Source: an uncultured Thermoplasmata archaeon
GTDB lineage: Archaea; Thermoplasmatota; Thermoplasmata; RBG-16-68-12
Length of the DNA: 64,000 nt
Assembly: GCA_963768855.1 (NCBI GenBank)
Contig: CAVYJM010000006.1
Coordinates: forward strand, 928,001-992,000
Direction: 5' to 3'
Part shown: positions 16,430-26,100 of the stretch, one piece after another
Layout: each line of letters starts with the position of its first letter
How positions within the stretch are numbered: the first letter of the stretch is position 1
Translations under genes and position numbers: made by a program
Notes under the pieces: model-generated
Seen by the model: only the letters and a program-made list of their open reading frames with translations
Told to the model about the DNA's origin: nothing
Database searches by the model: none

Positions 16430-16982
16430 ATGCTGTCCAATCGTCCCCCTGGGAAGGGCCTGCTTTCGGAGCCGTTCTCGTGGATCATCTTGGGTGCGGC
16501 CCTTGTATTCGCGTCGAGCATTTTGTCCGGCGCCCTCGGCATTGTCTATGTGTTCGCGGAATTCAATCCAGCCGCGACCTTTCCCGGGGACCTCTTTCTG
16601 GCCGTCTCCGTAGGGCTCGTTCCTTCTCTTGGTGGGTCTCGCCCGAGCAGTCCATCGCCCCTTCTTCCCCGCCACGGAGCCCCTAGCCCATGAGGGCCAA
16701 GGCGCGGGGGTCGCCGGCCTCGCCCAACCCGCTAACCCGTACCGCATCGCGCTCCTGGGCGCCGTGCTCGCCCTGATCGGAGGGCTTGCGGGCATCTCGG
16801 CGTGCCTCGCGCGGTATCTCTTCCCGCCCGCATGGGCCTACACCGGTATCCAGGGGTACCTCCAGACATGGGCCCTGGTTGCGCTCCTGACCGGCGCGGT
16901 CGCTGCGGTTGGCTCCCTGCTCGCCTTCGTCGGCGTGGGACTCATGATTCGGTATGCCTCGCGCCGAGCAGAGCGTGTCTAA
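16430..16982 (+). pseudogene. Membrane protein split by a 1-nt insertion near 16622 (frameshift or assembly error)
   Basis: Removing one C joins ...FLAVSVGLV to LLLVGLARAVHR..., giving a continuous TM helix and a 183-aa 4-TM protein. Confidence 0.55.
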
Positions 16983-17040
16983 GGCGGTCCGAGGGCGCGG
17001 CGGGAAAAGCATATACGAAGTGCGCCCATCCGCCGACCTG

Positions 17041-18567
17041 ATGCCCCGGGATGTGGCGGCGGAGCTGAGCTACCTCGAGAAGCGGGTCCTGCTCACCCTG
17101 AAGGAGCTGAAGCGGGCCTCCCCCGAGGAGATCCGCTCGAAGGGGAAGTTCAAAGAGCTCGTCGAGGTGATGAACGCCGCTTCCTGGCTCCAGGCGAAAG
17201 GCCTCGTGACGATGAAGGAGCGGGTCGTGCGCACGTACAGGCTCACCCGAGCGGAGCTGGCGCGGAAGCCGCTGCCCGAGCGCAGGGCGCTCAAAGCCCT
17301 CCTGAAGGCGGGAGGCCGGATGCCCGTCTCGAAGGTCCAGGTCGCGTGCAAGTTCGACGAGTCGGAACTCGCGATCGCCCTCGGATGGGTGCGGCGGAAG
17401 GGCTGGGCCCAGGTCGAGAAGGGGCCCGGGGGCAGCTTCCTCGTCGCGACGGATGCGGGCCGCGCGGCCTCCGAGGGCCGGGCGCCCGACGAGGAGCTCC
17501 TTACGAAGATGGCCAAGGAGGAGATCGCGGAGGACGCCGCGGACCCGAGGCTCCTGAAGGACCTGAAGTCCCGCCAGGATCTCGTGCGGGAGCGGGAGTC
17601 CGTGCGGCGGGAGATTTCCCTCACGCCCGCGGGGGAGAAGGTGCTGGCGGCCGGGATCGAGCTGAAGCCCGAGGCCACGGTTGTGACGACGGACCTCCTC
17701 CGTGACGGGAAGTGGAAGTCGGTCGACTTCCGTCGCTACGACACGCGGGCCTTCGCCCCCACTGTGTGGCCGGGGAAGCGCCACGTGCTCGGCGCGTACC
17801 TGGAGAAGATTCGACGCATCTTCCTCGAGATGGGCTTCACGGAGATTGACGGGGATTACGTCCAGAGCGCGTTCTGGAACTACGACGCGCTCTTCCAGCC
17901 CCAGGACCATCCGGCGCGGGACCAGCTCGACAGCTTCTATCTCTCCAAGCCGCGGACGGTCCCGCTCCCCGAGGACCGCGTCGTGCGGCGCGTCGCGGAC
18001 GCGCATGAGACGGGCGGCGGCACGGGCAGCAAGGGGTGGCGGTACGCCTGGGACCGAGGCGAGGCCGAGCGAGCGCTCCTCCGGTCGCATACGACCGCGA
18101 TCACGATTCAGTGGCTTTCCGAGCACCCGAAGCCGCCGCAGAAGGCGTTCATCATCGGCCGCAACTTCCGGCGGGACGCGATCGACTGGAAACACCTGCC
18201 GGAGTTCCACCAGGTCGAGGGCGTCGTGATGGAAGAAGGCGCGAACCTCGCGCAGCTCATCGGCACGATCGAGGAGTTCTATCGGAGGCTCGGCTTCCTC
18301 GGCTCGAAGTTCCGCCCGGGGTACTTCCCGTACACGGAGCCGAGCATGGAGCCCGAGGTCCAGCTGCCCGATGGCCGGTGGATGGAGCTCGGCGGGAGCG
18401 GGATCTTCCGGCCCGAGGTGACGAAGCCGCTGGGCATCGAGACGCCCGTGCTTGCCTGGGGCCTCGGGCTGGAGCGGGTCATCATGGCGCTCGAGGGGAT
18501 CTCGGACATCCGGGAGCTGTACCTGAGCGACTTGGATTGGCTCCGGAACCACCGCGCCCTCGTCTGA
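17041..18567 (+). CDS. pheS: Phenylalanine--tRNA ligase alpha subunit (archaeal long form)
   Basis: FWNYDALFQPQDHPARD, LLRSHTTA, FRRDAIDWKHLPEFHQVEG, PGYFPYTEPS, ELGGSGIFRPEV, AWGLGLER. Confidence 0.97.
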   Translation: MPRDVAAELSYLEKRVLLTLKELKRASPEEIRSKGKFKELVEVMNAASWLQAKGLVTMKERVVRTYRLTRAELARKPLPERRALKALLKAGGRMPVSKVQVACKFDESELAIALGWVRRKGWAQVEKGPGGSFLVATDAGRAASEGRAPDEELLTKMAKEEIAEDAADPRLLKDLKSRQDLVRERESVRREISLTPAGEKVLAAGIELKPEATVVTTDLLRDGKWKSVDFRRYDTRAFAPTVWPGKRHVLGAYLEKIRRIFLEMGFTEIDGDYVQSAFWNYDALFQPQDHPARDQLDSFYLSKPRTVPLPEDRVVRRVADAHETGGGTGSKGWRYAWDRGEAERALLRSHTTAITIQWLSEHPKPPQKAFIIGRNFRRDAIDWKHLPEFHQVEGVVMEEGANLAQLIGTIEEFYRRLGFLGSKFRPGYFPYTEPSMEPEVQLPDGRWMELGGSGIFRPEVTKPLGIETPVLAWGLGLERVIMALEGISDIRELYLSDLDWLRNHRALV

Positions 18568-18630
18568 CCGCGCTGGTCAAGCCCTCGCGACCATCCGCTA
18601 CAAATAGGTCCGGCGCCAGACGTGTCCTCC

Positions 18631-19185
18631 ATGCCTTCGCCTCCCCCCGGAACCTCGCAGGGCGACTCGACCCCCCTCCCTATCACCTACGATTCGGAGA
18701 CGGGACGGATCTCCCTCCTGGGCGAGCCCGCCTGGTTCATGTCCCCGGAGTTCTACCTGGACCTCCAGATCCAACTCGAGACGCTGTCCGGGAAGGCCGC
18801 GCGGGGCATCCTCTACCGCGTGTCCTTCAGCGCGGGCTCCCGCACGGCGAAGCGGCTCGCGGGACCCCTGACCCCGCGGGACGACGTCCACGAACGGATG
18901 CAACAGATCTCCGATTACTCGTCCCTCACGGGGTACGGACGGTACGCCTACAAGGCCACGAACCCCGCGAACGCGGAGACCGAGTGGACGATCGCGGAGA
19001 GCCTGATCGCCTCGCTTCACCCGCCGGGTCGGGATTCCGTGTGCCACATGTACGCGGGCTTCCTCGCGGGGTGGCTCACGGTCCTCTTCGACCGTCCGGT
19101 CGAGTGCGTGGAGGCCGAGTGCCGCGCGAAGGGTGACTCCCGCTGCCTGTTTCGGACGAAGCCGACGCGCGTGGCGCCGGTCTAG
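18631..19185 (+). CDS. V4R-domain protein
   Basis: GYGR...CHMYAGFLAGWL...VECVEAECRAKGDSRCLF, the V4R Cys pattern. Confidence 0.88.
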   Translation: MPSPPPGTSQGDSTPLPITYDSETGRISLLGEPAWFMSPEFYLDLQIQLETLSGKAARGILYRVSFSAGSRTAKRLAGPLTPRDDVHERMQQISDYSSLTGYGRYAYKATNPANAETEWTIAESLIASLHPPGRDSVCHMYAGFLAGWLTVLFDRPVECVEAECRAKGDSRCLFRTKPTRVAPV

Positions 19186-19256
19186 CTCGCTCCGGGCGTT
19201 TGAGAATCCTGAGGTAACCTTTATCAGGCCTCTCCTGTGTTCCGCGGACGATTCCG

Positions 19257-19745
19257 ATGCCCTCCGCCGAAGAGGAAATCGCCGCAGGCGAGCAGGCCCT
19301 GAGCACCCTCGACTACGACGCCGCCTACAAGCACTTTGACAAGGCGTGCAAGGCGGACCCGAAGAACTCCGTCGCGTTCTTCGGTAAGGCGGAGTCCGCG
19401 CTCGGCGTGCCCAAGGCGGAAGCGGAGGAGATCCTCGGCCTGTACAAGAAGGCGATCGAGCTGGATCCGGAGAACCCCGGATACCACGACGCCCTCGCGT
19501 CGTTCTGCGTCGACCTCGGTCGGTTCAACGAGGCGGAGGAGCACTACAACAAGGCCGCCGCCCTCGACGAGGACAACGCCCCGTTCTACTGGTCCGAGTT
19601 CGCGATCAACTACGCCCGCAAGGCGCCCGTGGCGATGCAGCAGTTCCTTGATGACAAGACGCGGGACATGATCCGCGCGAAGGCCCTCACGTACGCGCTC
19701 AAGGCGCTCGACATCGGGAAGGACGACGCGAAGCGCGTCCTGTGA
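19257..19745 (+). CDS. TPR-repeat protein
   Basis: AYKHFDKACKADPKNS, YKKAIELDPENPGY, YNKAAALDEDNA. Confidence 0.85.
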   Translation: MPSAEEEIAAGEQALSTLDYDAAYKHFDKACKADPKNSVAFFGKAESALGVPKAEAEEILGLYKKAIELDPENPGYHDALASFCVDLGRFNEAEEHYNKAAALDEDNAPFYWSEFAINYARKAPVAMQQFLDDKTRDMIRAKALTYALKALDIGKDDAKRVL

Positions 19746-19746
19746 C

Positions 19747-19902
19747 TCAGCTGCGCACTCCGGTCCGCGCCCGGCGCCCCACGCGACAGGCGACACACAC
19801 GCCATCTGGGCCCAGATGCTCCTCGCACGTGGGACGTCCGCATGCCACGCACGTTCTCAGGGTGGGACGGCTGCAGACCTGGCACAGCCCGGGCACGACC
19901 AT
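19747..19902 (-). CDS. Small Zn-finger protein
   Basis: CQVC...CVACGRPTCEEH...CVAC; start codon uncertain. Confidence 0.65.
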   Translation of the reverse strand: MVVPGLCQVCSRPTLRTCVACGRPTCEEHLGPDGVCVACRVGRRARTGVRS

Positions 19903-19976
19903 CGGAGCGGTATGTTCCTGCAAGGCGAAGAGGTTTCGCCCCTCGCGGCGCAACGAGGCGTGCGTGGGCGGGGTCG

Positions 19977-20864
19977 TCACGGCGCGCGCAGCTCGCCGAA
20001 CGTGGCGGCGCGCTCCGCGAACGCGTTGTGCTTGTGGATCGATTCTTCGGCCTCGGACTTCACCCGCACCCAGGTGGCGTCCGGCAGCTTCGGATACTTG
20101 GCGAGGAGCCGGTCCAGGACCTCCCGCACGACGTCCTCGACGAAGCGGGGGTTCGCGTGCGCGAGTTCCACGAGTCGCCCTTCATCGGGCCGCTTCAGGA
20201 GACCGTACGTGGGCGCGGACATGGACGCCTCGACGATGTCGATCAGGTCGTCCGCTTCGATGTCGAACCCGTCCGGCTCCTGGAGGATCAGGGTCGTGCG
20301 GTTCCTCTGGTTGTGCGTCACGAAGGGGATGTCCTCGGGCCACGCCTTGATCTCCGGATGTTCCTTGACGAGGCGATCCCGCACCATCTCCATGGCGCAC
20401 GGGCAGGCGGTCATCCCGATCGCCTCGACGCCGATCGACCGCTCCACCGACGCGGATCCGCGGTGCGCGTTCGCGCGCGCCACGAGGTGGTACGGCTCCA
20501 TCGAGGTGTGGCCCCAGGGCGACTTCCGTTCCAGGAAGTAGTCCGCCCGCGCCCAGACCTCCGACGTGGTCGCGTACTCGTGCTTCTTCAGGAGCTGCCG
20601 CGCGATCGTCTCGGTGAGCTCCTCGAGGCTCCCGACGGGTTCTCGGACGGAGCGGTCCACCAGCTCGTTGATGACCTCCATGTTCCGCGAGAGGTGGGAG
20701 CCTTTCTGCTCCGGAGGCAGGTCCACGAAGACGTCCAAGGACGTGGTCAAGGTGAGATTCCGGCCCTTCCGGCGGATCTCCACGGGCTTCTGCACGCCCG
20801 TCACGCCGACCTTGTTCAGCCGGTACGAGTGATTCGCATTCTCGTTCTGGATGTCGCGGGGGAT
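19977..20864 (-). CDS. mptA: GTP cyclohydrolase MptA (FolE2 family); probable ATC start
   Basis: VDLPPEQKGSHLSR, GMTACPCA, THNQR, TYGLLKRPDE, NPRFVEDVVR, ESIHKHNA; homology extends upstream of the GTG to I-P-R-D-I-Q. Confidence 0.9.
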   Translation of the reverse strand: MPRDIQNENANHSYRLNKVGVTGVQKPVEIRRKGRNLTLTTSLDVFVDLPPEQKGSHLSRNMEVINELVDRSVREPVGSLEELTETIARQLLKKHEYATTSEVWARADYFLERKSPWGHTSMEPYHLVARANAHRGSASVERSIGVEAIGMTACPCAMEMVRDRLVKEHPEIKAWPEDIPFVTHNQRNRTTLILQEPDGFDIEADDLIDIVEASMSAPTYGLLKRPDEGRLVELAHANPRFVEDVVREVLDRLLAKYPKLPDATWVRVKSEAEESIHKHNAFAERAATFGELRAP

Positions 20865-20901
20865 GCGGCTGCCTCCCGGGGTGGCCAGTTCTGCGGTGGA
20901 C

Positions 20902-21336
20902 TTAAAGATTGTCGGCGTCCCCCACGACTTGGACGAGGACCTCGCGCCGCCTCGGCTTGTTGTCCAGCTCGAGGAACACGACCTGTTGCCAGGTGCCGAG
21001 GGCGAGCTTCCCGTCCACGACGGGAACGGTCAGGCTCGGGCCGAGGAAGGCCGCGCGCACATGGCTGTGACCGTTGCCATCGCCCCAACGCTTCTCGTGG
21101 CCGTACGCCAGGTCCTCCGGGAACAGCCGTCCCAGCGCCGCCGGGAGGTCTTCCTCCATGAGGCCCGCCTCGAACTCGTTCGTCAGGATCGCGGAGGTGC
21201 TGCTTGGGGCGAAGACACACGCCAGTCCGGCCCGAATCTTCGACCGGCCGACTGCATCGGTCACCTCGCGGGTGATATCGAGCGCTTGCGGTCCGGTTCG
21301 CGTGGAGAGATGCAGGGTCTCCGTGTGGACGGCCAT
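20902..21336 (-). CDS. yjbQ: YjbQ/UPF0047 family protein
   Basis: GDGNGHSHVRAAFLGPS...LGTWQQVVFLELD. Confidence 0.92.
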   Translation of the reverse strand: MAVHTETLHLSTRTGPQALDITREVTDAVGRSKIRAGLACVFAPSSTSAILTNEFEAGLMEEDLPAALGRLFPEDLAYGHEKRWGDGNGHSHVRAAFLGPSLTVPVVDGKLALGTWQQVVFLELDNKPRRREVLVQVVGDADNL

Positions 21337-21490
21337 GCCCCGCGGTACGGGCCTGGCTCGCAAGAAGCTTCCCCCCGTCGGCGGAAAGAAAGGGTCGCGA
21401 GGGCCGCCCGGCGCCTTGCGGCGCCGGTCGCCCGATGCCCTCGCGGGTGGGCGTGTTGGGGGGAGGAGTTACGTAAGATGGAAAGGGGGC

Positions 21491-22267
21491 TCAGCGGAGC
21501 CCGATGAATCCGTTGTCGTCGAACGCCACGGGTGCGACCTCCCAGGCCGCCTGGACCGTCTCCGGAGGCTGGACCTCCATGTGGACCGCGTGGCTGTTCT
21601 GTTCCTCGATCTCCCTCGCCACGGTCTCGACCTCCTCGGCGACCGTGGACAGGAAGGACTTCTCGAGATGGTCGACGACGCCCTCGACGATGGCCGCGAC
21701 CATGTAGTTCACGACCTGGAGCGCCTCGTTGAAAGAGAGGTGGTCCGCGAACTTGTTGAGGGAGTTGTTGTCGACGACGATCAGGCTGTCCGCCTCACGA
21801 CGGAGGTCCTCGAGTCCCGCCTTCGCGGTCTCGGAGCGGCCTTCCATGTCGAAGGGGACGATGCCGATTGCGATCGTCACGGCGCCGTTCGCGCGCGCGG
21901 CCCGGGCCACGACGGGCGCAGCGCCCGTTCCGGCGGCACCGCCCATGCCCGCGACCACGAACACGATGTCCGAGGACAGGGTGTCCTTGAAGTTCCCTTC
22001 GGAGCCTTCCGCGGACGTTCGCGCGGCGAGCACCCGGTCCTCACCGTCGACGTGGCTCAGCAGGATCTTGAAGTCCGCGGCGGACTTGGAGAGTCCGGCC
22101 GGATCCGTGTTGACCGCCACGGTCTCGACGCCCTTCAGGTCGCGATCGTAGAGCGCGCTCACCACGTTGCCGCCGGCACCGCCGATGCCGACCACGCTGA
22201 TCTTCGGATCGACGGCGTCCTCGAACAGTCCGTTGATGACTTCGTCGACATAGTCTCGGGGTATCAT
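21491..22267 (-). CDS. Truncated FtsZ/tubulin-family protein (N-terminal GTPase domain only)
   Basis: VVGIGGAGGN, VAVNTD, AGMGGAAGTGAAP, PFDMEG, IVVDNN; no NxDxxD T7 loop or C-terminal domain; 258 aa. Confidence 0.85.
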   Translation of the reverse strand: MIPRDYVDEVINGLFEDAVDPKISVVGIGGAGGNVVSALYDRDLKGVETVAVNTDPAGLSKSAADFKILLSHVDGEDRVLAARTSAEGSEGNFKDTLSSDIVFVVAGMGGAAGTGAAPVVARAARANGAVTIAIGIVPFDMEGRSETAKAGLEDLRREADSLIVVDNNSLNKFADHLSFNEALQVVNYMVAAIVEGVVDHLEKSFLSTVAEEVETVAREIEEQNSHAVHMEVQPPETVQAAWEVAPVAFDDNGFIGLR

Positions 22268-22438
22268 TCACCTAGCCTCCGCCTCGCGTACGCCCCTCGA
22301 TCGACGATCGAGGGAGGCCAGAGGGGAACTCCTCGTCTGAAGGCGTGCATCCCATCCCTTCATGACTGATCCCATCCCATTCCCTTTTTCCTGGATTGAG
22401 GCTTTCCCTTCTGGCATCCGACACGCCCCGCAGCTCAT
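22268..22438 (-). CDS. Possible 56-aa protein bridging the RHH gene and the ftsZ-like gene
   Basis: ATGA overlap with the RHH stop; its TGA abuts the next ATG; N-terminal CxxC; no recognisable family. Confidence 0.3.
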   Translation of the reverse strand: MSCGACRMPEGKASIQEKGNGMGSVMKGWDARLQTRSSPLASLDRRSRGVREAEAR

Positions 22439-22830
22439 GGCGGGATGACACCGTCCTTCTCGCCCGTGGATACGGAGACCACCCGGCCCGTTGTCTTGTC
22501 GATCTCCTGCCGGTGGTCTTGGATCTCCTTCACCCGCGCCCGCGTGAACCACTCCTCGATGCTGCGGACGATCGCGTGCTCCCGGCTGAGGAAGTACCCG
22601 TCCGTCACGAGGCGGTCGATCAGCTCCAGGTAGTACCTCGGGACGTGAATCGACACCGTGTTGCCCTCGCCCCGAAGGCTCTGGATGAACGACTGGACGG
22701 CATCGCGAACGAGCTGCGAGCGGCTGTCGTACGACTTGTTCTCTTTCAAGAACGCATCGACCAGCTCGAGGTTCTCCTTCTCGAGCCGCAGTGTGATCCG
22801 CTCGTTCTCGTCCATCCCGGTCCCGTCCAT
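22435..22830 (-). CDS. Ribbon-helix-helix transcriptional regulator with two RHH-like units (CdrS-like context)
   Basis: RITLRL...VDAFL...SRSQLVRDAV and TVSIHVP...IDRLV...FLSREHAIVRSI. Confidence 0.85.
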   Translation of the reverse strand: MDGTGMDENERITLRLEKENLELVDAFLKENKSYDSRSQLVRDAVQSFIQSLRGEGNTVSIHVPRYYLELIDRLVTDGYFLSREHAIVRSIEEWFTRARVKEIQDHRQEIDKTTGRVVSVSTGEKDGVIPP

Positions 22831-22934
22831 TTCACGCGGTCGGTATGACGAGGGTCACACCGTCCTTCCCCGCATGATTTTGGCGTGTTGTCTGACGGTA
22901 TCCGGGGGGTCTTTATAAATACGTTTTGTCAAGC

Positions 22935-22951
22935 GTCATACGACGTATGAC
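22935..22951. promoter_or_regulatory. Perfect inverted repeat GTCATAC-N3-GTATGAC next to the TTTATAAA box (22912-22919); candidate RHH operator
   Basis: Palindrome seen directly; extra half-sites GTATGAC (22843-22849) and GTCTGAC (22890-22896). Confidence 0.55.
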
Positions 22952-23110
22952 AAGTTCTCCATCCGTTCCGGAACGGGGGCGGAATCGGGGACGCGGATTT
23001 TTATCGGACATACCCGATGCAAAACGGTCCCGACGCGCGAGTCCCGCCGTGCGCTCCGGACACCGCGGCGGCTACGAAAAGCTTTACGACGGGCGTCCGT
23101 TCAGGCGCGC

Positions 23111-26100
23111 GTGGCGAAGCGGTCGAGGGGCACGCCATCGCGTCGGCGGCCTCGCCCGGCGAGGCGAAAGGGGGCCCGTCCGCGGAAGGACCGGACCCGG
23201 GCGCGCGTCCCCGTGACGAAGCGATCGAAGAAGGCGCCCAAGCCGCGTCGCACGACGCTTCCTCGTCGTCCGTCGAAACGAACGCGGGTGCGCGCTCGCG
23301 CACGCCCTGTCACACGAAAGGTGCGTCGGAGGAGTCCGCGGCGCACATCCGGGAAGATCGCGCCCCCTGCCCGCCCCCGTCGCCGGGTCGCGCCTGTGGC
23401 GCATCCGAGGGACCTCGATTTCCGCTCAATTGAGCAGAAATGGCAGGACGCATGGTCCCAGGCGGGGCTCTTCGAGGCGACCGCCGCACCCGGGAAGCCG
23501 AAGTGGTACTCCAACGTCCCGTACCCCTACATGTCGGGGTACCAGCACATGGGGTTCGGGGTCTCCTTCCTTCGGGCCGAGTTCCAGTCGCGCTTCCGGC
23601 GGATGCGGGGGTACAACGTCCTCCATCCGCAGGCGTTCCACTGCACGGGCCTGCCCATCCTCGGCGCCGCAAAGCGGGTGGCGGAGGGAGAGCCCGGGCA
23701 ATTGAAGATCCTCGAGCAGATGGGCGTGCCCGCTTCTGAGGTCCCCGCGTTCGCGGACCCCCTGCACTGGATCGAGGTCTTCCCGCAGGCCACGATCGAG
23801 GACCTGAAGGGCCTCGGCGCCGCCGTGGACTGGCGGCGGTCGTTCATCACGACCGAGCTGAACCCGCCGTACGACGCGTTCGTTCGCTGGCAGTTCCGCC
23901 GCCTCCGGGACGGGGGCTACGTGAAGATCGACAAGCACCCCGTGATCTGGTGCCCCAAGGACCAGGCCCCCATCGGGGACCACGACCGACTCGAGGGCGA
24001 GGGCGTCACGCCCCAGGCGTTCACCCTCCTCAAATTCCCCCTCGCCGATGGACGCATCCTCGTCGCGGCGACCATCCGCCCCGAGACGGTCTTCGGCCAG
24101 ACGAACATCTGGGTGGACCCCGCAGCCGAGTACCTGGTCGCCGCGGTGGACGGGGAGCGCTGGATTCTGAACGAGTCGGCCGCGGCGAAGCTGGGGGAGC
24201 AGGGAAAGAAGGTCACCCGCGAGGCAACCTTGCGCGGCGCCGACCTGGTGGGCCAGGAGGGCATCGCACCCATGATCAACCGCGCGGTCCCCGTGCTCCC
24301 CGGCGCATTCATCGACCAGGGCCGGGGGACGGGCATCGTGACGAGCGTCCCCTCCGATGCGCCCGACGACTATGTCGCGCTGCGGGAGGTGCAGGGGGAC
24401 GACGCGCTCCTCGAGCGATACGGGCTCGACAAGGACCGCATCCGGTCGATCGAGCCCTTCCCGATCATCAAGACTCCGGGCTGGGGCCCCCTCCCCGCGA
24501 AGGAGATCGTCGAGCGCATGGGGATCACGAGCCAGCGGGACAAGGACCGCCTCGCCGCGGCGAAGGCGGAGGTCTACAAGTCCGGGTTCTACCAAGGGGT
24601 CATGAACGAGCAGTGCGGCTCCTACGCCGGCATGCGCGTCGAGATCGCGAAGGAGGAGATCCGCAAGGAGCTCCTGGCGAACCGCCTCGCGGACACGATG
24701 TACGAGCCGAGCGCCGAGGTCGTATGCCGTTGTACGACGCGCGCGATCGTGAAGGTCGTCGAGGACCAGTGGTTCCTTGCCTACGGCGACGCGGCCTGGA
24801 AGACGAGGGCCCACGAGGGCCTCGCGAAGATGACCCTCTACCCGGACTCGATCCGGAAGCAGTTCGACTACGTGATCGACTGGCTCCAGGACTGGGCTTG
24901 CTCGCACCACAAAGGCCTCGGGACGAAGCTCCCCTGGGACGACCACTGGGTCATCGAATCCCTGTCCGACTCCACGATCTACATGGCGTACTACACGATC
25001 GCCCACGTGCTCCAGGGCGGCAAGCTGCGGAGCGAGGTGCCCTGGGCGGCCCGCCTCGACGACGCGTTCTTCGACTACGTGTTCCTGGGCCTCGGAGACG
25101 CGGCGTCCGTCGCCTCGCGTCTCGGCCTCGCCGCAGAGGACGTCGACCGCCTGCGGGGGGAATTCACGTACTGGTACCCCTTCGAGCTTCGCAACACCGG
25201 CAAGGACCTTCTCCAGAATCACATGACCTTCTGCCTGTTCAACCACGTCGCGGTCTTCCCGCCCGAACTCTGGCCCCGCGGCTTCGGCGTCAACGGGTGG
25301 GTCCTCATGGCGGGCATGAAGATGTCCAAGTCCAAGGGGAATACGGTCTACATCCGGGACGCCCTGAAGGACTGGGGGGCGGACACGGTCCGCGCGACCG
25401 TCGCGAACGCCGGGGACGGCGTGGACGACCCGAACCTGGAGAAGGAGTTCGCCGCGTCGATCCGCGCCCGCCTGCGGGACTGGCATGCCTACGCGACCGG
25501 ACCGCATGAGACGAGGTCGGAGCGCCGGACGATCGACGCTTGGTTCCTGTCCGTCCTCAACCGGACGATCGCGTCGACGACCGCGGCCATGGAATCCATG
25601 AGCTACAAGGCCGCTCTCCGGATCGGATACTTCGACCTCCAGGCCGCCTGGTCCTGGTATCTGCGGCGGTGCGGCGGGCGGCCCCACGCGGAGGTCCTGA
25701 CGCGGTTCCTCGAGGTCCAGACCAAGATCCTGGCGCCGTTCACGCCCCACGTCTGCGAGGAGATCTGGCAGCGGATGGGTCGGGAGGGGTTCGTTTCCAG
25801 CGCGGTCTACCCGACGCCCGACGCTCCCGAGATCGATCCCGCGGCCGAGGCCGCGGAGGCCCTCCTTCAATCCACCCTCGGGGATGTGCGCGAGATCCTC
25901 AAGGTCACGGGGCTCAAGCCGCGGCGGATCGCCCTGTACGTCGCGCCCGCGTGGAAGGCGCGCGTGCGCGCCCTCGCGATCGAGCTCGCGCGCGCGGGGC
26001 CCGTTCCCATGAACGTGCTGATGGAGACCGTCCTCGCGGAACCCGGCATGCGGGAACGGGCTCGCGACGTCGCCGCCTATGCGAAGCGGGTCGCGGACGA

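Noticed and set aside
23017-23433. 138-aa ORF (MQNGPDARVP...) overlapping the leuS 5' region in another frame
   Set aside because: Low-complexity Ala/Gly/Ser/Pro content typical of an off-frame reading, with no motif.
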